From Fidelibacterota bacterium (GTDB lineage Bacteria > Fidelibacterota > Marinisomatia > SCGC-AAA003-L08 > GCA-2689995), in assembly GCA_014381925.1 (NCBI GenBank), contig JACNKR010000027.1:1991-65990 (forward strand): DNA of 64,000 nucleotides, given 5' to 3'. How positions within the stretch are numbered: position 1 is the first letter of the stretch; each line of letters starts with the position of its first letter. Positions 48,658 through 57,381 of this stretch are shown here, piece by piece. The position numbers and the translations under genes were made by a program. The notes under the pieces were generated by a model that saw only the letters and a list, made by a program, of their open reading frames with translations, made no database searches and was not told the DNA's origin.

Positions 48658-49044
48658 ATGAGTGTAAAAGTTAGAATAGATAAATGGTTGTGGGCAATTC
48701 GTGTTTATAAAACAAGATCGCTGGCAAATGATGCCTGCCAATCGGGTAAAATAAAAATAAATTCAACACGAATTAAACCATCACGCACAATACAAATTGG
48801 TGACAGAATTACGGTTCAAAAAGGATATATTAAATTTGATTATGAGGTCACAGGAATAATTGAAAAAAGAGTATCGGCAACATTAGCACAGCAAAATTAT
48901 ATAGACCACACACCTGAAGAAGAAAAAATTAAAACAAATACAAAATTATTTACACCACAATATCAACGAGAAAAAGGTCAGGGTCGCCCAACAAAAAAAG
49001 ACCGTCGAGATTTAGATAAATTATTAGAAAGTTTTGAAGAATGA
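48658..49044 (+). CDS. S4-domain RNA-binding protein (Hsp15/HslR-like)
   Basis: RIDKWLWAIRVYKTRSLANDACQSGKIKIN is an S4 alpha-L motif. 128 aa with a basic tail. Confidence 0.65.
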   Translation: MSVKVRIDKWLWAIRVYKTRSLANDACQSGKIKINSTRIKPSRTIQIGDRITVQKGYIKFDYEVTGIIEKRVSATLAQQNYIDHTPEEEKIKTNTKLFTPQYQREKGQGRPTKKDRRDLDKLLESFEE

Positions 49045-49727
49045 CAAAACTTATCTATGCATCCATAATTTTAGAATTTGTTAAAAATGCAAATTCTACT
49101 ATAGCAATAGGTAAACAAAAATATATGAAGTCCAAAATGCCATTTTATGGTATTCCTAATCCTATTGTAAAAAAGTTAACAAATAATCAACTTAAGAAAT
49201 TTCCAATTAATAATAATGATGAATATAAAAGTCTAATTAAATATATTTTTCATAACGCTATACATAGGGAAGAATGGTATTGCGGATTACATATTGCAAT
49301 GAAATATAAAAAATATATTTTAGAAGAAAACTTACCTCTCTATTTAGAAATAATAAAAATTACACAATGGTGGGATATTGTTGATGCTGTTGCCTCCAAC
49401 CTTGTAGGACCATCAATTATAAATAGTTCACAATTCCGTAGATATAATAATTCGTGGATAATTAATGAAAATATGTGGATTCGCAGAACAGCAATCCTCA
49501 GCCAACTTAAATATAAATCAAATACAGATGAAAAATTATTATATGAATTAATTTTAAAATGCGCTCATGAAAAAGAGTTTTTTATCCGGAAAGCAATAGG
49601 ATGGATTTTAAGAGAATATTCAAAAACAAACCCTAACAGTGTTATGATTTTTATTGATAAAAATCGTAACTATTTGTCTAATCTATCAGTTAGAGAAGGG
49701 ACTAAGAAATTGGTGGATTTCACCTGA
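49041..49727 (+). CDS. DNA alkylation repair protein (AlkD/AlkC-like HEAT-repeat family)
   Basis: WWDIVD, WIRRTAIL and FFIRKAIGWILREYSK motifs are typical of this family. Confidence 0.65.
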   Translation: MTKLIYASIILEFVKNANSTIAIGKQKYMKSKMPFYGIPNPIVKKLTNNQLKKFPINNNDEYKSLIKYIFHNAIHREEWYCGLHIAMKYKKYILEENLPLYLEIIKITQWWDIVDAVASNLVGPSIINSSQFRRYNNSWIINENMWIRRTAILSQLKYKSNTDEKLLYELILKCAHEKEFFIRKAIGWILREYSKTNPNSVMIFIDKNRNYLSNLSVREGTKKLVDFT

Positions 49728-50015
49728 AAATAGTTACATAATTTTCTCCGAAGAGGAGCATATCATTTGCTTTATTTTTTTATAAAATTTAATTATTATT
49801 ATTGGGACGATATACTACATATAGGTATATTTTATTATTGGCTATGAATATCTTGTGGCTCCAAGAGATTCATAACCGAGGGAGAAACACAAAGAAAACC
49901 AATATTCCCCAGCCAATTCAAATGCCAGTCCAAGGATAAATGCTACGAATCGTTTGCGTACGAAAAAAACGCAGAAATGAACTATATATTTAAAAATTTA
50001 TAATGGAGAGAATCG
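49728..50015 (+). promoter_or_regulatory. 288-nt leader/promoter region of the class II RNR operon containing a strong hairpin (49843..49874)
   Basis: TATGAATATCTTG (49843-49855) pairs 12/13 with CAAGAGATTCATA (49862-49874). The adjacent stretch is locally more GC-rich than its surroundings. GGAGAG RBS lies before the ATG at 50016. No riboswitch class could be assigned. Confidence 0.3.
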
Positions 50016-52520
50016 ATGTTTAAGAACATGTTCGATCATCGAGGTAAAACAACTAGAGTTATTGGTGAATCTCGGATTAAGATTTATCGTGAATTATATA
50101 ATCACATTGAAAATTTACAAGAAAATGGTGAGCTACCAACCCATGCAAATTATCTTGGAGGGAATGAACTTGCTGAAAATATTTATAGTAAAAAATATTT
50201 TATTAATGATTTAAATCAAACCCAAATTGAAAAATCACCTGAAGATGTTTTTAAACGGATTTCAACTTTTGTTGCAACAGTTGAAGGAACAAAAAGCAAA
50301 CGATTAAAATGGTCAGAAGAATTTTATACTGAAATGTATGAAGGGCGATTTGTTCCCGGCGGAAGAGTATTAGCTGGTGCTGGAGATTTATATCGGTTAA
50401 AAACTTTAGCAAATTGCTTTGTTGCTAAAATTGAGGAAGACGATATTGATTCGATTTATAAGGCTGCTTTTGAATGTGCCCGAACGTACAGTTACGGTGG
50501 AGGCATTGGCGTTGATATATCATGTCTCAGGCCTCGAGATGCAATAGTTCATAATGCTGCAGATAGCTCAACAGGGGCTGTATCTTTTATGGAATTATTT
50601 TCACTAACAACGGGGTTAATTGGTCAGAGTGGTCGTCGGGGCGCATTAATGCTCACTATCGATGTAAAACATCCCGATGTAATGCATTTTATCAAAGTGA
50701 AAAAAACGCCGAATTGGGTTACAAATCAAATAATTGAACAATGTAAATGGTCTGGATTATTTGATGAATCAAAATTAGAAGCCATCAAAAAACAGGTCAT
50801 GGAAAATACTCAAGTTCGATTTGCAAATATTTCTATAAAAGCAAATGATGAATTTATGAGTGCCGTAAATGAACAACGACAATATTCAGAGGATACATAT
50901 CTTGTTTATAAAAAAAAGAATAAAGATATAAAAACTCAAGCAAGACAAAGCGAAGAACTCCATTATTCACCAGGAATTCCATCCAAAGATGTGAATGAAT
51001 ATGAATTATTAGAATCATTTGAAGACTTAATCGATTTACAAAAGTGGATGTCAAATAATAACTGCAATACCCTAAATATTGACGAATTTAAAAACACAGA
51101 AAATAGAGATATTTATGGTGATTATGTAATACAACTTGAAAATGAAACCTATGATTATTCTATACGACAATCCGGTGATTTTATGCTTTATTTTGGTAGT
51201 GAACAAACAGGAGATATTTGTGAATTAATTAAATCACGCGCTATTTGGGATCAATTTATTGAAGGAAATTATAAAACGGCTGAACCCGGTTTAATTTTTT
51301 GGACAACAATGAGTAAGTATTCTCCTTCTAACTATGTTGGTAAACCAATAATTTGTACAAACCCATGTGCAGAAGTACCACTAGAAGAAGGTGGAGCATG
51401 TAATTTAGGGTCAATTAATTTATCACGATTTGTAAATGATGGATATACTGAGAAAGCAAAAATAAATTGGAAACAATTAGAAAAAACATCTAAAACTCTT
51501 ACCCGGTTTTTGGATAATGTTGTAAAATGGAATGAAGAATTAAATGCTTTAGAAAAGCAACGAAAAGCGGCACTAGAAACAAGAAGACTAGGTTTGGGAA
51601 TTATGGGTATTGCGGATATGCTAAATCAATTAGGCATTGCGTATGATTCTGATGAGGGAATGGAGCTTATTGGTAAGATAATGAAATTCATTACAAATTC
51701 AGCATTTAAAGCCTCGGCTCAACTCGCAGGAGAAAAAGGTGCATCTATTATTTATGATGAAGATTCATACATGGAATGTCCATTTGTAACGGAAGCATTA
51801 GATGTTGATACTCAGCAATTAATTAGAGAAAATGGTTTACGAAATATTGCAATAATGTCAATTGCACCAACGGGTTCGATATCAAATATTGTATTAGGGT
51901 TTCAAAACGGAAATAAAAATTATATTGGAGTTTCTGGAGGAGTAGAACCAATATTTGCATTATTTTATAATAGACGATCAGAATCATTTAAAAAAGTATT
52001 CAGAGTATTCCATTCTACAGTCCAAGCATATTTAGATTTAAAAGGTTTAGATGTACAGACTGAAGAAAATATTGATTTAACAGATATACTTCCAGAATAT
52101 TTTATGAGAACCGCACACGAAATTAATCCCATAAAACGGATAGAAATTCAAGGTATGTGCCAAAAATATATAGACCATTCAATATCTTCTACACTTAATT
52201 TATCAGAAGATATCCAGCCTGAAGTTATATCAGATATTTATATCCATGCATGGAAGAAAAAGTTAAAAGGGATTACTGTTTATCGAGATGGAAGTCGCTT
52301 TCCCATTCTTAGTGTTGATGGGCAAAAAACACAATTTCAAAAGCAAATGGATACTACATATAATATAACTCAAGAAGATGGTGAAATTGTAGAATGTAAG
52401 GGTGATGAAATTTTAAAAATGCCTAATGGAAGGCTAACAACAGTTTATCATTATTTAAAAAATAGTGATGTTAATATTGAACAAATAATCGACGAAACAA
52501 AATTTGAGGAAGTAGTTTAA
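50016..52520 (+). CDS. nrdJ: adenosylcobalamin-dependent (class II) ribonucleotide reductase, large N-terminal polypeptide
   Basis: RNR core motifs: GGRVLAGAG, LANCFV, YGGGIGVDIS.LRP, GRRGALM, and the catalytic TNPCAEVPL...GGACNLGSINL. Confidence 0.8.
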   Translation: MFKNMFDHRGKTTRVIGESRIKIYRELYNHIENLQENGELPTHANYLGGNELAENIYSKKYFINDLNQTQIEKSPEDVFKRISTFVATVEGTKSKRLKWSEEFYTEMYEGRFVPGGRVLAGAGDLYRLKTLANCFVAKIEEDDIDSIYKAAFECARTYSYGGGIGVDISCLRPRDAIVHNAADSSTGAVSFMELFSLTTGLIGQSGRRGALMLTIDVKHPDVMHFIKVKKTPNWVTNQIIEQCKWSGLFDESKLEAIKKQVMENTQVRFANISIKANDEFMSAVNEQRQYSEDTYLVYKKKNKDIKTQARQSEELHYSPGIPSKDVNEYELLESFEDLIDLQKWMSNNNCNTLNIDEFKNTENRDIYGDYVIQLENETYDYSIRQSGDFMLYFGSEQTGDICELIKSRAIWDQFIEGNYKTAEPGLIFWTTMSKYSPSNYVGKPIICTNPCAEVPLEEGGACNLGSINLSRFVNDGYTEKAKINWKQLEKTSKTLTRFLDNVVKWNEELNALEKQRKAALETRRLGLGIMGIADMLNQLGIAYDSDEGMELIGKIMKFITNSAFKASAQLAGEKGASIIYDEDSYMECPFVTEALDVDTQQLIRENGLRNIAIMSIAPTGSISNIVLGFQNGNKNYIGVSGGVEPIFALFYNRRSESFKKVFRVFHSTVQAYLDLKGLDVQTEENIDLTDILPEYFMRTAHEINPIKRIEIQGMCQKYIDHSISSTLNLSEDIQPEVISDIYIHAWKKKLKGITVYRDGSRFPILSVDGQKTQFQKQMDTTYNITQEDGEIVECKGDEILKMPNGRLTTVYHYLKNSDVNIEQIIDETKFEEVV

Positions 52521-53173
52521 TGATAAAAATCAGTAAAAAAGATCCACATATTGCTGAGTTAAAAATGAAAAAGGAAGCTAAAATCGCTTCAGTAGGGCAA
52601 GCTCAAAACGAAATATATAAACCAATTGAAAATAGACCAGAAGTTGTTGACGCAAAAGTATATAAACTAAAAAGTGCATTTGTAAAAAATTCTGTTTTTA
52701 TAACTTTAAGTTACTTAAAATTTGAAAATCATTGCAGGCCTGTAGAAATTTTTATTAATTCAAAGGATTTAACACGAGCACCTGAATATGTTGTACTTAC
52801 ACGACTAATTTCAGCAATTTTTAGAAGGTCATCCGACCCCATGTTTATCCTAGAAGAATTACAAGGAATTTATGACCCCAGCGGAGGTTCATTTAAAGAA
52901 GGAAAATATTATCATTCTTTTTATGCTGAGATAGCTGATGTAATTGAACGCTTCTTCTTTGATGTGAAAATTTTAGATAAACCAATACAGCATCCAATAG
53001 AAGATAATGGTTCGGTTACGCAAAAAGATGAACCTATTCAAAATACAAATTCTAATGAATTGAATTCACCATTTCGTATTTGTCCAGATTGTAATAACCC
53101 GACTTTAAAAATGGAAAATGGCTGTGATAACTGTGTTGAACCAGAGTGTGGATATAGTAAATGTGATAAATAA
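52520..53173 (+). CDS. class II RNR C-terminal polypeptide (NrdJb-like)
   Basis: Start overlaps the nrdJ stop (TAATG). CRPVEIFINSKD ... resembles the C-terminal part of long class II RNRs. Cys-rich tail: CPDCNNP...CDNC...C...C. Confidence 0.6.
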   Translation: MIKISKKDPHIAELKMKKEAKIASVGQAQNEIYKPIENRPEVVDAKVYKLKSAFVKNSVFITLSYLKFENHCRPVEIFINSKDLTRAPEYVVLTRLISAIFRRSSDPMFILEELQGIYDPSGGSFKEGKYYHSFYAEIADVIERFFFDVKILDKPIQHPIEDNGSVTQKDEPIQNTNSNELNSPFRICPDCNNPTLKMENGCDNCVEPECGYSKCDK

Positions 53174-53193
53174 TTATATCAATTATTGAATTT

Positions 53194-53220
53194 AAGCCTC
53201 AGTTATTCTAGGGCTTTTTT
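53194..53220 (+). terminator. weak rho-independent terminator after the RNR operon
   Basis: AAGCCT/GGGCTT stem (5 bp plus a wobble) followed by a T-run. It overlaps the 3' end of the convergent pip gene. Confidence 0.35.
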
Positions 53221-54166
53221 ATTTCAACTTAAAATTATCCATAATTTCAATAAGTTTAGATGCAATTCCTAACTCAGTCATTGAATGACCTGCATCCTTT
53301 ACAAGATGAAAATTAGCTTCAGGAAAAGCTCTGTGTAAATCCCAAGCTGATTTCATTGGACAAACTACATCATAACGCCCTTGGACAATTTCAGTTGGAA
53401 TATGTCTAATTTTATCTATTTGATCTAATATCCATCCATCATATTCAAAAAAGCCCTTATTTATAAAATAATGACATTCAATACGAGAAAAAGCTTCAGC
53501 AATTTTTGAATCATTAAAATTATGTAGCGCTACTTTTGGGGGAATTAATTTACTCGTACTTCCCTCCCAAATAGCCCATGCTTTTGCAGTATTTATTCGT
53601 AACTGTTCATCATTTGAAGTAAGTCTTTTATAAAATGCCTTTACTATATCTCCTCTTTCCTCTTCAGGAATTACTTCAATATATTTCTCCCAAGCATCAG
53701 GAAAAATATTAGAGGCTCCATATTGATAAAACCATTCAATTTCAAATTTTCTTAAAAGAAAAATACCCCGTAAAATTAATCCTAAACATTTTTGAGGATA
53801 AGTTATTGCATACGATAATGCTAAAGTTGATCCCCAACTACCACCAAAAACAATCCAATTATCAATATTTAATAATTTTCTAATTTTTTCAATATCACTG
53901 ATTAAATCCCAAGTGGTGTTGTTTTCCAATTCGGCATGTGGAGTACTTTTCCCACAACCTCGTTGGTCAAATAAAATAATTTTATATTTTTCGGGGTCAA
54001 AATATTGACGGTAAATATCTTCAATACCACCTCCAGGTCCACCATGTAAAAATACTACAGGTATACCTTCTGGATTTCCAGCAATTTCAAAATAAATAGA
54101 ATGAATTTCAGATACTTGTAAAATATCATTAAAATATGGTTTTAAAGATGGATATAAACTTTTCAT
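53219..54166 (-). CDS. pip: proline iminopeptidase (S33 alpha/beta hydrolase)
   Basis: HGGPGGG oxyanion motif, GGSWGSTLAL nucleophile elbow, C-terminal DAGHS. 315 aa. Confidence 0.85.
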   Translation of the reverse strand: MKSLYPSLKPYFNDILQVSEIHSIYFEIAGNPEGIPVVFLHGGPGGGIEDIYRQYFDPEKYKIILFDQRGCGKSTPHAELENNTTWDLISDIEKIRKLLNIDNWIVFGGSWGSTLALSYAITYPQKCLGLILRGIFLLRKFEIEWFYQYGASNIFPDAWEKYIEVIPEEERGDIVKAFYKRLTSNDEQLRINTAKAWAIWEGSTSKLIPPKVALHNFNDSKIAEAFSRIECHYFINKGFFEYDGWILDQIDKIRHIPTEIVQGRYDVVCPMKSAWDLHRAFPEANFHLVKDAGHSMTELGIASKLIEIMDNFKLK

Positions 54167-54335
54167 TTAATTAAACCTTTTAAATATTTATTAAATCAAT
54201 AATATGTAATTTACATCTATATATTAACGAAGATTTACTGTGAAACAGATTTTTATTTTTAAGATTAATTTATTCTAAAGTTAATCAGATTGAATTTATA
54301 ATATGGAAAAATCTATGAAAATTAATACCTTAAAA

Positions 54336-55082
54336 TTATCCCATTATTTTCGGATTATCAGTAAATACACCATTAACACCAAGCTTTTTTAAACGATTTA
54401 GTTCTATTTTATCATTTACTGTAAATACACAAGTAGATAGTTTTTTGGATTTGGCCCACTTTACTAATTTTTTATTTGTATATAACTTATCAGGATGAAA
54501 CCCATCTGGCTTTGAAATAAAATAAAGTGGTTTATACCATTTTAGCATAAATGGCGTTTCATCTTTACTCCATATTAATGAGGTAAAAATTTCAGGAGAT
54601 AGTTTTTTAACTTTACGGAGGATCAATGGATTAAAACTAGAGACGATGCATCGTTCCATTAATTTATTTTTTATAATAAACTGTATGACTTTTTCAACAA
54701 TTTTAGTCGGAAAAACCCTAATTGACTTAATTTCAATATTTAATATTATTTTATTATCAATTAATAATTCTGAGACTTCATCCAATAATGGCATTTTTTG
54801 AAATCCTATTTTTTTACCCCATTTTCCCGAAGCATCAAATTTAATTAATTCATTATAATCCAAAGAATCAATTTTTTTATCCTCACCTGTTAAATTTAAT
54901 AAGTCAATATCATGATGGATAACAATTTTTTCATCAGCTGTCAATAATACATCAAGTTCAATTCCATCAACACCCATTTCAATTGCTTTTTTAAAAGAAT
55001 ATATTGTATTTTCAGGTGCAAAATTAGGTGTTCCCCTATGACCAAAAAATAAAAACTTCTTATTAAACGGATTAAATTTCAT
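54336..55082 (-). CDS. glycerophosphodiester phosphodiesterase (GDPD family)
   Basis: FGHRGTPNFAPENT, IELDVLLTAD and VIHHD motifs. Confidence 0.8.
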   Translation of the reverse strand: MKFNPFNKKFLFFGHRGTPNFAPENTIYSFKKAIEMGVDGIELDVLLTADEKIVIHHDIDLLNLTGEDKKIDSLDYNELIKFDASGKWGKKIGFQKMPLLDEVSELLIDNKIILNIEIKSIRVFPTKIVEKVIQFIIKNKLMERCIVSSFNPLILRKVKKLSPEIFTSLIWSKDETPFMLKWYKPLYFISKPDGFHPDKLYTNKKLVKWAKSKKLSTCVFTVNDKIELNRLKKLGVNGVFTDNPKIMG

Positions 55083-55291
55083 TTTTCATCTAAAAATTAA
55101 TTATATAAAGTTCATCACTAAAAATAGAGTCGTTACAAAAAATTATTAATTAACATTTTTTTATATGTTAAAATGTATTTAAAATTAATCAATAATTTTC
55201 TTCCCATTTTTACATTTTTTTAATACATTTTAATAACATTATTTTGTTAACAACTTGTTAATAACTTAAATATTTACAGGATTTACATCTC

Positions 55292-56662
55292 TTGACTAAC
55301 GGTAATTTATGGAATGATTGTCTAAACTTCATTAAGGCAAAAATTCCAGAACAAGCATATCAAACTTGGTTTGACGGTATAACCGCCACTCAACCTCATC
55401 AAAATGAAATAATGCTACAAGTACCAAATCAATTTCACTATGAATGGTTAGATTCTAAATATAGCAAACTTATAAAATTAGCAATAATGGATTGTAGTGG
55501 AATAGAATTAAAAATAAATTATAGTGTTGTCATTAGTGATCAAGAAGATAATGTTATACCTGATTTAATACCACAAAAACAACCTATAACCAATGGACAT
55601 CAAGCGAGAAATGGATTCCACAAACCAAGCCAATTAAATAATCGTTATATTTTTGATAACTATATTGAAGGTAAAAGTAATCAACTTGCAAAGGCAGCAT
55701 CTCTATCCGTTTCTGATTCACCCGGGCAAACACCATTCAACCCATTACTTATTTATAGCGAAACAGGTTTAGGTAAAACACACCTTTTGCAAGCGATTGG
55801 AAATAGCTTACTCGAATTATCTCCAAATGCTAAAATTGTTTATCTTACAAGTGAAAAATTTATGCTTGATTTCATCAGCTCTATTCAAATGCATAAATCA
55901 GCGGAGTTTTCTAAACAGTATAGAGATGTTGATATGTTATTAATTGATGATGTTCAATTTTTTCAAAATAAAGAACAAACACAGGAGCAATTCTTTCATT
56001 TATTTAATGATTTACACCACCGTGGCAAGCAAATAGTTATGACCACAGACCGCCACCCCAATGAATTAAGAGGGTTAAAAAATAGATTAATTTCACGATT
56101 TCAATCTGGGTTAATCGTTGATATTCAACCACCCGATTTAGAAACTCGTATTGCAATTTTATTAAAAAAAGCTGATTCTGAAAATCTGGATATACCATTT
56201 GAAATAATTGAATATATTGCTTCCAGTATTACTGAAAATGTAAGAGATTTAGAGGGTGCATTAATACGACTTTTAGCATTTGCGTCTCTTAAAAGACAAG
56301 ATATTACAATGAATCTTGCAAAACAGGTGATATTAGACATTATGGGGGCATCAGCATTTCAAAATATTACAATTGATCATGTTTTAAAAACGGTATCCAA
56401 AGAAATGAGGATAACAGAAAGACAGATGATTGGTAAGGGCAGAACTATGGATGTTGCAATGGCAAGACATACAGCAATGTATTTATCTCGTGAACTTACA
56501 AGTAGTTCATTAATAAATATTGGGTTGCATTTTGGTAGAAGAGATCATTCTACGGTTATACATGCGTGTAAAACAATTGATAAAAAAATGCTCTTAAATC
56601 CGGAATTAAATAGAACAATTGAAAAACTTAAAAAAGAATTGGGAGGACCAATAACCGCATGA
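55292..56662 (+). CDS. dnaA: chromosomal replication initiator protein DnaA
   Basis: TTG start. Walker A GETGLGKTHLL, Walker B LLIDDVQF, sensor motifs, and a C-terminal DNA-binding domain (RDHSTVIHAC). Confidence 0.9.
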   Translation: MTNGNLWNDCLNFIKAKIPEQAYQTWFDGITATQPHQNEIMLQVPNQFHYEWLDSKYSKLIKLAIMDCSGIELKINYSVVISDQEDNVIPDLIPQKQPITNGHQARNGFHKPSQLNNRYIFDNYIEGKSNQLAKAASLSVSDSPGQTPFNPLLIYSETGLGKTHLLQAIGNSLLELSPNAKIVYLTSEKFMLDFISSIQMHKSAEFSKQYRDVDMLLIDDVQFFQNKEQTQEQFFHLFNDLHHRGKQIVMTTDRHPNELRGLKNRLISRFQSGLIVDIQPPDLETRIAILLKKADSENLDIPFEIIEYIASSITENVRDLEGALIRLLAFASLKRQDITMNLAKQVILDIMGASAFQNITIDHVLKTVSKEMRITERQMIGKGRTMDVAMARHTAMYLSRELTSSSLINIGLHFGRRDHSTVIHACKTIDKKMLLNPELNRTIEKLKKELGGPITA

Positions 56663-57381
56663 GTATTAAATCAATTTCAGATAAAAAACACCAAAAGATA
56701 ATAATTATAGATGATGATGTCGATTTGGCTCAACTATTAGAAGAATTTTTAACCGCTTTTAATTTCAAGGTAGAATTATTTCATTCACCAAAAAAAGGAA
56801 TTGAATTTTTAAAAAATTCAGAAGCTGATCTGATTGTTCTTGATATTATGATGCCTGAAATGGACGGGTTCCAAACTCTTCGAAAAATAAGAGAATTTTC
56901 AGCTATTCCCGTTGTAATGCTTACAGCAAGAGGGGAAGTGACTGATAGAATTGTCGGATTAGAATTAGGTGCCGATGATTATATGCCAAAACCTTTTGAA
57001 CCTCGTGAATTACTTGCCCGAATACAATCTATTTTAAGACGAAGCCAATCCCCTTCTCAATTATTAGATGTAATTGAATTTGAAGAAGGATTATCACTTA
57101 ATAAACTTAAACAAGAAGTTTCAATTAGTGGTGAACCAATTCATTTATCAACAACGGAATATGAAGTATTATTATTATTTGTTGAACACCCCGGTGAAGT
57201 TTTAGACCGTGAATTTTTGGTTGAAAATATCCGAGGAATTAAATGGCAATCTTATGATCGTTCTGTTGATGTATTAGTTAGTCGATTAAGATCTAAAATT
57301 GGTGAAAACCCCTCAGAAAACACATACATTAAAACGATTCATGGAACTGGATATAAATTTATAGGAGCTCCAAAAAATTAG
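56659..57381 (+). CDS. OmpR/PhoB-family response regulator
   Basis: Receiver domain (IIIIDDD, LIVLDIMMPEMDG, MPKPF) plus winged-helix output (YIKTIHGTGYKF). Overlaps the dnaA stop by 4 nt. Confidence 0.85.
   Translation: MSIKSISDKKHQKIIIIDDDVDLAQLLEEFLTAFNFKVELFHSPKKGIEFLKNSEADLIVLDIMMPEMDGFQTLRKIREFSAIPVVMLTARGEVTDRIVGLELGADDYMPKPFEPRELLARIQSILRRSQSPSQLLDVIEFEEGLSLNKLKQEVSISGEPIHLSTTEYEVLLLFVEHPGEVLDREFLVENIRGIKWQSYDRSVDVLVSRLRSKIGENPSENTYIKTIHGTGYKFIGAPKN

Noticed and set aside
49728-50015. Cobalamin riboswitch upstream of nrdJ.
   Set aside because: I could not find the B12-box (GCCACUG-like core in its usual context) or the AGGGAA...GGUG...CC architecture. Only loose fragments are present (GCCAGUC). 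Also, B12 riboswitches normally repress B12-independent isozymes rather than the B12-dependent RNR.
50800-51250. Intein within the class II RNR large subunit.
   Set aside because: The extra segment lacks the intein hallmarks: no Cys/Ser/Thr at an N-extein junction, no terminal His-Asn plus Cys/Ser/Thr, and no homing-endonuclease motifs.
55083-55291. oriC annotated as a feature in the dnaA upstream spacer.
   Set aside because: No canonical DnaA boxes were found, and there is no way to compute skew here. AT-richness alone is uninformative in this genome.
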